Positions 10,605 through 23,790 of a DNA stretch of 54,373 bases are shown piece after piece. The first letter of the stretch is position 1. Each line of letters begins with the position of its first letter. Under the pieces are notes generated by a model. It was not told where the DNA came from. It ran no database searches and saw nothing but the letters and a program-made list of their open reading frames with translations. The stretch lies in assembly GCA_963575745.1 (NCBI GenBank), contig CAUYUJ010000247.1, forward strand, positions 62,001-116,373, written 5' to 3'. Made by a program: the position numbers and the translations under genes. Source of the stretch: Prorocentrum cordatum. Taxonomy: Eukaryota.

Positions 10605-10708
10605 GGGGGCCACCTGCGAACCCTACCCCTACCCCCCACGATTTCCACCTGCGAACCCTCCCCCTCAAAAATCGTGGGGGGTGGGGGTAGGGTTCGCATG
10701 CGGCCCCC
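10605..10708. mobile_element. MITE family A, short copy, flanked by TA
   Basis: ~40-bp TIR GGGGGCC(A/G)C..GCGAACCCTACCCC.ACCCCCCACGATTT; TA at 10603-10604 and 10709-10710; related copy at 39841-39990. Confidence 0.85.
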
Positions 10709-10734
10709 TATCGGTTGCCGCGCCCCCCCCGCAG

Positions 10735-10842
10735 GGGGCCGTGCCGGCGGCACACCCCAGCGCCGCCGTGGCGTCCCCGCGCCCGCGGCGCCCCGGCGAC
10801 CTGCGGCTCGGGCTGTCCGCGTCGGCACCGAGCCTTGCGCTG
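10735..10842 (+). CDS. Candidate host exon (GAVPAAHPSAAVASPRPRRPGDLRLGLSASAPSLAL if phase 0)
   Basis: C-run plus GCAG|G acceptor, 108 nt, G|GC donor, GC3-rich; reading frame not certain. Confidence 0.45.
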
Positions 10843-11009
10843 GCGCCGGGCGGCGCGGGCGCCCGGGGCGGCGCGCGCCGCTCCCCCGCGAGGCGACGCG
10901 GGGGGGAGAGGAGGGGGGCAGGGAGGAGGACGACGAAGGAGGGCTCCTCCTCTTCGTCGTCCTCCTCTGGCTCCTCTTCCTTCTCCGGCTCCTCCGCCGC
11001 TCCTCCGCG

Positions 11010-12625
<1,616 letters not shown>

Positions 12626-13447
12626 CAGAGGAGGACGCAGATGTCCCAATCTTCGAATGACTTCAGAAACGGAGGACATTCTTCCGTAATGCAGGCTCAG
12701 GGGCTCCCAGAGGGGCGGTCGAGCCCCCCGTTTTTCTTCCCTCTTAACCCCAAGGTGTCCCCCCCTATCTCGCTGCTTCTTTCCGGCGGCCGCGCGGGAG
12801 GGTCAGCCACGACGCCGCTCCTCGACGACGACGACCTAGACGACGCCAGCGCCGACGTTCGACGGCGGCGATCTTCGATCGTCGACCGATTGGCGATCGT
12901 CGTCGTCTGGCTTTCGGGTCATGCGGCCAGGAACTTTGGCTTAACGCCTCGCTGGTTCCGGCCCACCACGCTGCGGCGCGACACGCCATCCGCGTCCCGG
13001 TCCCCAAGCGTCAGCGTCCCGAGCCTTTTCCCCGCCTCCCGCCCCACCGAGCGGAGCGATGCACTTATCAGCTCGCAGGGCATAGCGCGTCGCCAGGGCC
13101 GCCGCCGCGACACGCTGAGCAGAAGCTCCCGACCATGGCTTGAGTCTCTAGCGGCCGTTCGGGACGATTGGGGCAGCCCCTGGAACGCTATCGGCAAGGC
13201 GCAGCCTCTGGAAGGCATCCCGAGGCTGGAAAGTTGCTGAGAACCGACGAAACGCCCGTAAACCTAGAAGGGGCTCATAAATCTTGAAAACCTAGATAGC
13301 CGAGGTTCGAGCCTCGAACCTCGAACCTCGAACCTCGAAAACCTGGATGACCTCGACCCTCGATCGTCGTCGTCGACGTCGACGCCTCCGGGGAGCACCG
13401 CCACCGTGGGCGGGAAGCATGTCCATATCCACGGCCTCGCGAGCCAG

Positions 13448-13536
13448 GCCCCTGGGCCTCGACCCCAAGGATACGGCTCGATGTTTCGCGGGTGCTCCAC
13501 CCGGACCGTATCTAGGCGACCGCTCATGTCCACGAG
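13448..13536 (+). CDS. Candidate host exon
   Basis: CCAG|G acceptor, AG|GT donor; a phase 0 to 2 reading fits a following candidate exon starting at 13845. Confidence 0.3.
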
Positions 13537-14002
13537 GTCGCGCCCCAGAATCCACACCGCGACGTTGATGTTCGGCGGCGGGCCCAGGGAAAAGAGTCCT
13601 CGGGGGCGGGCCTGCTCAGGAGGCTCGGGAGGCCTCCGGCCTTCCTTCTGAGAAGTTTTCCGAGCCCTCTCCGAAGACGCGGAGGAGGAGGAGGAGGAGG
13701 AGGAGGAGGAGGAGGAGGAGGAGGAGGAGGAGGAGGAGGAGGAGGAGGCGGAGGAGGAGGAGGAGGAGGAGGAGGAGGAGGAGGAGGAGGAGGAGTGTCC
13801 CCGACGGTGCGCGCGGCTCGCGCGAGGGGGTTAGTGAGGGCCAGGGCGCTCAAGCCAGCTCTGCACCCGGCCGCCTCGGCCAGCTGGGTGTTATCCGTGC
13901 TGGGCAGGGCCTCGCTGCAGGAAGCCGGGCGAGCGGGAGGGGTCCTGTCATCGCTGTGTCGCCACAAGGCGGCACCTGCGCCTGCGAAGACTGAAGGGGC
14001 CC

Positions 14003-14154
14003 TGGGACACGCAAAAGGACAGACACAGATCACCGGATCCCCCATATCTTCCCATACGTTCTGGGCTTTCGTCTTCCCCCCTCCGCTTCCCATAGTTTCC
14101 CATGCTTTCTGGGGAACCGACGATTCAGTGTGTCGGTGTTTTTTTTCCCTCCTG
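14003..14154 (+). repeat. Dispersed repeat family D (other copies 41148-41303, and inverted at 39216-39440 with an internal ~70-bp duplication)
   Basis: Shared GACAC..CCCCAT..TTTTTGTCTTCCCCCC..GGGAATCGACG..TGTGT..CCCTCCTG pattern. Confidence 0.8.
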
Positions 14155-14314
14155 CGATAAGACACGGGGGAAGCTGCCTCGGAAGGCCGGAGGGCGTCCG
14201 GGAAGCGCCGCGGCCTGCCGAGCTCGACTGGACGCAAGAGTGACCGTTCGCCGGAGGGACCTCTGGTGCGGGCACAGATGGGTCCCCAGATGGCCAAAAG
14301 CGAGGCAGTACAGT

Positions 14315-14482
14315 AGGGGTCTTGAAGAAGGAACCCTTTTCGTTGGGGAGGGGCTCCGCGTTCCTTAAGTGTTTCGCAGCTTGTCTTGGGTTTTCCTTAG
14401 GTTTTCGATAGGAAATCGAAGTTTAACTTATGGAAAAAAGGGGCCTCGTTCCTTATTTAGGGTTCCTTAGGTCAACGCCCCG
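14315..14482. mobile_element. Probable MITE with ~23-bp imperfect TIRs
   Basis: AGGGGTCTTGAAGAAGGAACCCT vs AGGGTTCCTTAGGTCAACGCCCCG; AT-rich interior. Confidence 0.55.
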
Positions 14483-14734
14483 TTTGTAGCAACTGCTTGC
14501 GCGCCCAGGTTTGGTCCCCCCGCGGCCCCCAAAAAGCCGCGCACCAAAGGTCACCCTTACCCAGGGTCACTCTTGCGTATAGCCGCCGAGCAGGCCAGCC
14601 CTCCCTCCCTCACTCCCCCCCCGAGTCGGCACCACCCAAACGTGCCTGTACTGTGTGTGCTGTGTGTGCGTCGGCCCCATACCCCTCGGCCGTTGAAAGC
14701 AGGTATTATTCGGCTTCCCAGGGATCCCAGTCTA

Positions 14735-14901
14735 CACATTGTTCATTTCTAATTCTCCGAGAGTTCTTTGATTTTTTTGGGGGCCAAGATCCTTTCGTTT
14801 CTAATTGTTCTACCCCGGGCCTTTTCCTGGCCACTAGGGGGCCAGGAGCGATTAGAAACGAGCACAATGAGAAATGAGCACGATTAGAAATGAACGACGT
14901 G
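14735..14901. mobile_element. MITE family C, 167 bp, TA TSD (Tc1/mariner-type signature)
   Basis: TA|CACATTGTTCATTTCTAA...TTAGAAATGAACGACGTG|TA; copies at 16800-16953 and 38848-39014. Confidence 0.85.
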
Positions 14902-16392
14902 TACCCATCGGCCATTGAAAGCAGGTATCTTTCGGCTTCCCAGATCCCGTCTACTTCTGGCGCGCCTTCCTTACTTCAAGAACCGACATGCTTTTGCGGT
15001 GTTTTGTCATTCTCTGGGAGGGCCTGAGATCAACCTTTTTCATCCGCCTTCCTACTTCAAGAATCGATCGTTGAAAGTAGGTTTTTTTGGCCTCCCAGTT
15101 CTCCCAGTCTACTTCAGCGCGCCTTCCTGCTGCAAGAGCCGACGTGCTTCTGCGGTTCTTTTCTGCAACTCTCTGGGAGGGCCCGAAACCAACCTGCTCT
15201 ACAGTCAACCCGCACAGTAGGGATGGGCCACCTTCCCAAGGCCACCCTTGCATCCCTGCCTCCTCTTGGCATCGCTCGGACGTGTGCATGTCTCCTTCGG
15301 CGAGGACCATCGAGGAGCATCCTTGATCATTTGGCGAAAAGGCCACGCACGAAACCGAACAAACGCGCAGGGAACGGACGTCCGAGCGATGGCGAGCCCT
15401 CGTTCCATCCCTGGCCGCTCTCGTTGGCCGCCCCGCGCTCGGAGAGCCTCGAGATCGGCGGGCAGGGCCCCCCGCACCCTCGCCGCGCCTCCCTGCCACA
15501 CGGGCTGCCTGCATCCGCCTTCCTTCCTTCCTGCCTCGAGCTGCCTCTCCCCACCGATGGGGTACGGGCGGGCGACGCGCCCGCCCAGGAAGCCTACGTA
15601 CAGACAGCGCCAGCTCCGTGGCGGGCGCGGCGCCTCGTGGCCGTGCCGCTCGGGAAAGCGATGCGCCACGGTCGATCTTTTGTGCGGCGCGAGGTGTCGC
15701 AGGTCGCTGGACTTCCTACCCTGACACGCCGATTAAGGAATTGGTCGTTTTCGGTTCGCGAGAGGGCGTCGCGGCCGTCATTTTTGCGGGTCCAGGTCCG
15801 TCGGTTTTTGGTCCGGGTCCAGGTCCGTCGGTTTGCGCCTTTCCCGCTCCCGTTGTTCCCAATTTGGCCCCGAAGCGTCTCTCGGCTGCCCAGACCGCGT
15901 CTTGGGCCCAATCGCCGCGACAGGAACAAGAGGCTTCGGGTCGAGCGTACGTCTCCAACAGGGGCACATCGTACGAGTCTGTTGATGGGCCTGTTTTCCA
16001 CCACGACCACCACACGTTGGAGGGGGGAAGGATGTGGAGGAGGAGGAGGAGGAGTTCGTGGAGGGGGAGTTCGTGGAGGAGGAGGAGGAGGTGGAGGAGG
16101 AGGAGCAGGAGGTGGAGGAGGAGAGGAGAGGAGGAGGAGGAGGAGGAGGAGGAGGACCCCCTCCCCCTCCAACTTCTGGTGGTGGTGGTGGTGGTGGAAA
16201 ACAGGCCCATCATATGTTCTCGTGCGTCCCTCCGGGCGCGCCGCCGATCCAGACCGCGAGGTGGACGTGTGCGGGGCCCACTGAGTGCACACCGCCGCCT
16301 CCCTCGGCTCCTCCCTCCGCGGGGAGAGGAGGAGAGGGAGAGGAGGGCAGAGGAGGGATGCGGGGAACGAAAAAATGGCACAAACATAGAAC

Positions 16393-16527
16393 TCGGAGGT
16401 CCGCGCGGGTTGCTTGGATCCGCGCTGGACCCCCCTCCCCTGGCGCGCGGGGCGCGCCAGGGGCGGCGCCAGAGGCGCCGCCAGGGGGCCCCAGCGCCGA
16501 TCCGAGAAACCCGCACGGAACTCAGAA
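16393..16527. mobile_element. MITE family E, ~40-bp TIRs (related copy 37102-37231)
   Basis: GAGGTCCGCGCGGGTTGCTTGGATCCGCGCTGG vs CCAGCGCCGATCCGAGAAACCCGCACGGAACTC. Confidence 0.75.
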
Positions 16528-16637
16528 TTTCTATGGTCATGTCATTGTTCGTTCCCCCAGGGAGGAGGAGTGGAGGTGGTGGTGGTGGTGGTGGTGGTGG
16601 TGGTGGTGGTGGTGGTGGTGGTGTATCTTCTTGGAGC

Positions 16638-16792
16638 CTCACCGAGCGCGATCCACTACTCGCAAAGTGCCTACTCGCAAACGTCCGAAAAACACATGTC
16701 TGCTTGACATGTCATGTCTCGTAGCTCCCCCGCGGTGGATCCAGGCCAGTTGCGAGTAGGTACTGTGCGAGTAAAGGAATGCGCTCGTCGAG
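16638..16792. mobile_element. MITE family B, uninterrupted copy
   Basis: TIR CGAGCGCG.TCCACTACTCGCAAAGTGCCTACTCGCAA and its inverse; interrupted copies at 38813-39134 and 39786-40096. Confidence 0.8.
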
Positions 16793-16799
16793 TGGTGTG

Positions 16800-16953
16800 C
16801 ACATTGTTCATTCCTAAGTATTCGAAGCTCCTTTGATTTTTTCGGGGGGCCAAGATCCCTTCCTTCTGAGTGTTCTGTCCTGGGCCTCTTCCTGGCCACT
16901 GGGGGGCCAGGGACGGTCAAAAAAACGAGCACAGCCACACTCGGAGCGACGTG
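16800..16953. mobile_element. MITE family C, diverged copy
   Basis: Collinear with 14735-14901; flanked by TG and CA. Confidence 0.8.
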
Positions 16954-17022
16954 CATATGTCCTTGGCGCCCGCAACATGGATGTGCTCGCCGCTCGTTGG
17001 GCGGCCCGTCCCCCTCCGCGAG

Positions 17023-17134
17023 GCGGCCGGCCGCCCCCGTCCTGCCCGAGCACGCGGGCTTCGACGGCGCCGACGACGCCGCCAGCGACGGCAGCGGCGC
17101 CTCGGCGGAGAGCGGCGCGGGCAGCGCCGGGCAG
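17023..17134 (+). CDS. Candidate host exon RPAAPVLPEHAGFDGADDAASDGSGASAESGAGSAGQ
   Basis: AG|G acceptor, CAG|GC donor, every codon ends in G/C. Confidence 0.65.
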
Positions 17135-18226
17135 GCCGCCCCGCGGCGGCCTCCTCCCGGACCTCTCGGCTGCATGCAGTGCGTGCGCCTCCTCCTCCTC
17201 CTCCTCCTCCCCTCCCTCCTCCACCTCTCCGCTCCCCTCCTGCAGTCTCCCTCCTCCTCCTCCTCCTCCCTCCCCTCCTCCTCCTCCTCCTTCCTCCCCT
17301 TCCTCCTCCTCTCCCTCCTCTCCTCTCCTCCCTCCCCCCTCCTCCTCCTCTCCCTCCTCCCTCTCCTAATCCTCCTCCTCCTCCTCAGCCTCCTCTCTCC
17401 TCCTCCTCCTCCCCTCCTCCGCCTCCTCCTCCTCCTCCCTCCGCCTCCTCCTCCTCCTTCCTCCGCCTCTTCCTCCCTCCTCCTCCTCCGCCTCCTCCTC
17501 CTCCTCCCAGTCAGAACGCGCCCTGGAAGAGGTCTGCGGAGTAGAGGTATTGGTATGTTTTGGATTGCTTGGAGGGAGAGCGCGCAGCGGGGGCCACGGC
17601 TCCTTTGTAGGCACTGTGGGCGTCTTCCCTTCTGGTTTGGATTGGTAATGCGATGCGAATCGCATGCCGAAGATGGCAGAATTCCTGTTGTTTTGTTGTT
17701 TTGTTGTCTCTCTCCCTCTCTCGTTTTTTTTTTTTTTTTTTTTGTTTCTCTCTCTCTCTCTCTCTTTGGGCTGATGGCTGCAGATCTTCCAAGCTCGTGG
17801 TGGGCGTACGTCTTCCCGCCTGGCTCTCTTGTGCGCCCCGCCACGCCTCAGCGTCTGCGGACCGCGCGCGGACGTGCCTGCTCCCTCCCTCCCCTTTCCC
17901 CCTTCCTCCATCACTCGTCCTCCACCTCCCTTCTCCCTCCTTCTCCCTCTTCCCCTTCCCCTCCCTCCCTCCTCCGTCCTTGCTCCTCTTCTTCTTTTCT
18001 TCCCTCTCTCTCCTCCCTGCTCCTGCCACCTCCCCAATCAATCCATTTCCTTCGGGGGGACTCCTAACTTCAGGCGTTCTTTTCTGATGCCCTCCTTTTT
18101 CATCGGTTTCCCTTATAACGATTCCTCCCTGTCGCACCCCGAAACGTGTCGGTAGGGCTGGCTGGGCGTTTCTCTTGAATCTCCTCTACCATCTACCATC
18201 CTTAACTTGAGACGTTGCAGCAGTTT

Positions 18227-18420
18227 CACGGATGGAGGGCGGTTGGATTTCAACAGGTGGCTCTCGCTGTAGCGCCGCGCGCATTCGTCTTACAAGTTCG
18301 CAATCGTTTCGCGGATGGAGGGCGGGTCGTTTTCACAAGGTGGTTTTCGCCTTCGCGCCGCGTTCGCCCGAACATCTGACACGAACTTCACGGATGGAGG
18401 GCGGGTGGCTTTCCAAAGTT
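18227..18420 (+). repeat. Three degenerate ~80-bp tandem units
   Basis: TTC(A/G)CGGATGGAGGGCGG recurs near 18227, 18308 and 18387. Confidence 0.75.
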
Positions 18421-18627
18421 TGACTCTTTTCCACGTGTGGATATGGGAGAATTTTTCTTCGCGACAGCATGCAAGGCAGGGGGAAACATGGGAAGACATG
18501 GCAGCACAATGGCTACGATTCACATCTGGTATTCATACACACACAGAAGCCGATTGAACTTCTATTGGTTTCGAGCACATCTGAGTAATTCTGCCCAGCT
18601 AAAGCGTTGACGCCTGCTTAAGCTGAG

Positions 18628-18731
<104 letters not shown>

Positions 18732-19277
18732 GTCCTTCTTTTCCTCCTCCTCTAGCCCTCCTCCTTTTCCTCATCCCCCCCATCCTCCTTCCACCTCTCC
18801 CACCTTGGAGCCTCCTGGTCTCTCCTGGCCCATGCCGGCACCCCCGCTGGCTCCGGAAGGCTCCAGGGGCGGCCTGGCGCCGCCGCCGGGGCTCCTCCGC
18901 CTGGCGCCGCCGCCGCTGCTGCTCCCAGCCGCCCAGTTCTCTCCCCTCCTTCCTCCCTCCCTCCCCCTCTCCCTCCCTCCCTCTTCTCCTCCCCCTCTTG
19001 CCTCCTCCCCTTCCTTCCTCTCCCTCCCCCTCCTCTCCTCCTCCTCCTCTCCGCCTCCGCCTCCTCCTCCTCCTCCTCCTCCTCCTCCTCCTCCTCCTCC
19101 TCTCTCCTCCTCCATTCCTCCGCCTCCTCTTCTTCCTGCTCCCGCCTCCCTCATTCCTCCTCTTCTCCCCTCCCCCTCCTCCTCCGCCTCCTCCTCCTCC
19201 CCCTCCTCCTGCATCCCTCCTGTCCCCCTCCCTCCCCTCCCTGCTGCCCCTCGTGTGCTCTGGCCGCCCCTGAAAAG

Positions 19278-19323
19278 GCCAGCGACGACCTGGAGGGGCT
19301 GCTGCTCTCCCTGGAGATCCACG
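19278..19323 (+). CDS. Candidate host exon ASDDLEGLLLSLEIH
   Basis: AAG|G acceptor, G|GC donor, all codons G/C-ending. Confidence 0.6.
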
Positions 19324-19779
19324 GCTCCCCCTCGGGGGGTCAGTGCTCCGCCCGCCAGCCCAGGCCGAGGGCCCAAGGGGGAGGGAGGGGGGGACGGAGG
19401 GAGGGGGGGAGGAGAGGATACGAGGGAGGACAGAGGAGGAGCAGGGGGGAGGGGGATGGGGAGGGAGGGAGGAGGGAAAGGAGGGAGGGAAGGAGGAGGG
19501 ACAGGGGGGGAGGGAGTAGAAGGGAGGGATGATGGAAGAGAGGGGGGGGGAGGGATGGGATGAGGAGGAGGAGCAGCAGGAGGATGGTGTTGTTGCTGAT
19601 GATGACGGTGGTGGTGGTGGTGGTGACGGTGAGAATGAGGATCAGGAGGACGAGGAGGATGAGTATGAGGGAGGTGGATGAGGGATAACGAAGGAGAGAG
19701 AGAGAGGATGATTCTGATAATGGCAAGGCTGAAATGGGTGATCATGACGAGTACGACCCTGTCACTGGACACTGGCGGT

Positions 19780-21850
<2,071 letters not shown>

Positions 21851-22099
21851 TTTGTTTTACTAGTACTAATACTTATCAGCATACTCATAAGAACACGAAT
21901 GCTAGTAATACTCACACTGGTACGATCAATAATAGTAAGACGAGAAGGTGGAATAGGAGGAGGCGGAGGAGGATGAGGAAGAGGACGAGGGAGGACGAGG
22001 AGGAAGGAGAGGATTGATTGGACTGGTGGTTGCAACTCGGGCCCCCCCCTGTCATCCTCGGCGGCGTCCCGCTCGCCTGCGGCCGCGGGCTCGGAGCAG

Positions 22100-22179
22100 A
22101 TGGTCGAGCGCCTCGGCGGGCTGATGGCGCTGCTGGGGCCCCGCTACCGGACCCTCCCGAAGGACTTCCTGTGGGAGAG
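22100..22179 (+). CDS. Candidate host exon MVERLGGLMALLGPRYRTLPKDFLWE(R); may extend 5' to 22041
   Basis: All codons G/C-ending; AG|GC donor in phase 2 that joins in frame to 28724. Confidence 0.65.
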
Positions 22180-22217
<38 letters not shown>

Positions 22218-22582
22218 GAGGAGGAGGAGGAGGTGAGGAGGAGGAGGAGGAGCAGGAGGAGGAGGAGGAGAGGAGGAGGAGGAGGAGGAGGAGGAGGAGG
22301 AGAGGAGAGGAGGAGGAGGGGAGGAGGAGGAGGAGAGGAGGAGGAGGAGGAGGAGGAGGAGGAGGAGGAGGAGGGAGGAGGAGGAGGAGGAGGAGAGGAG
22401 GAGGAGGAGGAGGAGGTGCAGGAGGAGCAGGAGGAGCAGGAGGAGCAGGAAGAGGGAGGAGGAGGAGGAGGAGGAGGCGGATGAGGAGGAGGAGGAGGAC
22501 CAGGAGGAGGATGAGGATGAGGATGAGGAGGAGGAAGAGGAGGAGGAGGAGGAGGAGGAGGAGGAGGAGGAGGAGGAGGAGA

Positions 22583-22602
22583 TCCGTAGCCATTGGCTCA
22601 AG
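22583..22602 (+). other. Relict dinoflagellate spliced leader
   Basis: TCCGTAGCCATTGGCTCAAG equals canonical DCCGTAGCCATTTTGGCTCAAG minus two T; a second SL-end-like TTTGGGCTCAAG lies at 22634-22645. Confidence 0.85.
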
Positions 22603-22681
22603 CCGTTGCCTGGGGCCTTCGCCTTCCCTGGGGTTTGGGCTCAAGGTGGTGCAGGACCTGAGCCGAGACCGTATTCATAAT

Positions 22682-23790
22682 ATGGCACCCACTGCTTACA
22701 CGCAGTGGAATGGCAATCAATCTACTTGGCGCTGTCAGGGGTGTGGATGTGCGAAGAACCTGTTATCGGTGGCCCACTGCAAACACTGGCAAGCACTGGG
22801 AGACGGGAGATCTCAAGAAGAAAGGGAAAAGGAAATGATAAGGACCACCAAGGCAATGCGCTTGATGCTCCTCCTGGCCTGGGTGGCGTTGCTATGGGGG
22901 CACCACTATCCGTCGGGCTGCAGGGAGGAAAGGATCCAGTACCAGACTTGGACATCAACGAGGTTAAGATACTCTTCAGCTTGGCCGAGAAATCGAAGAA
23001 CAATGATCTTGCACAATATTACCAACATGTCCTGCTCATCAAGGACAGATCGGAGATGGTCCCACAGGTCCGCGCAGACCAGAGCCATCGCCTCATCCAG
23101 AGCCTCGAGGCGGACTTGCTCAAGCAGACGGCCGTCTTGGAGGAGCTGCACCAGAAGGTTGAGGAGCAGGGCAAACTTGTCCAAGAGACCCTCGGCAACC
23201 TGGGCAAGCAAGAGGAGATATATACGGAGGCAATCATTGAGCTGCACGGCGCAGTGGCCAAACCGCAGGAGAAGGCCAAACCAGTCTTGTACCCCGAGGA
23301 CATCCTCAATGGCAATGAGTACTGGGAGCTGTCCTGTGGTGAAGGAATATTTCGGACTCAAGGATTACATTGGCATCTCGGAACCAGACTTCAAAGAAGC
23401 TCGTGAAAGGGAGGCCCGCCTTAAGACCCAGTTTGGTGACCTCGCAGAGGAGCTCTTTGGGAATGTCAATCAAAAAGCAGAAGAGTGCCAGCGAGAGCAA
23501 GAGGCCCTCAAGGCCCGACTGGCTGGGAAGAAGCGACGCACTAGGGAAAAACTGGCGCTGATCAAGGGCAGCAAGAGGGCGCGGAAGCTCCCGCAGGAGG
23601 TACGGCAACAGCAAGTTCGGCACCAACGGCATCGGGAGATGGATGTGCCGGTGCAGGAGCAGGCAAGGGCCAGCAAGGCTCGGCGCTGCGGCACAAGGCG
23701 GCCACACTCTTGGCCAATGGCGCGGGCAAGGGGGCCAACGACCAGAAAGGTAAGGCCAGCGGCGACGCAGAGGCGAAGTCGCATTCCTAG
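22682..23790 (+). pseudogene. LINE ORF1 (zinc-finger-like N-terminus, coiled-coil-like core), frameshifted
   Basis: MAPTAYTQW..WRCQGCGCAKN..HCKH; heptad-like LIQSLEADLLKQTAVLEELHQKVEEQGKLVQE; KARLAGKKRR; ends ..GKASGDAEAKSHS* at 23790. Confidence 0.7.

Noticed and set aside
12640..13240. Non-repetitive C-terminal part of ORF 12467-13240
   Set aside because: No recognisable motif or consistent codon bias; cannot be called.
18227..18420. CRISPR-like repeat-spacer pattern
   Set aside because: Only three units, the spacers resemble each other, there are no cas genes, and the context is eukaryotic.
18508..18517. SL-like CGTAGCCATT on the minus strand
   Set aside because: Only a 10-nt match, lacking GGCTCAAG and any downstream ORF.
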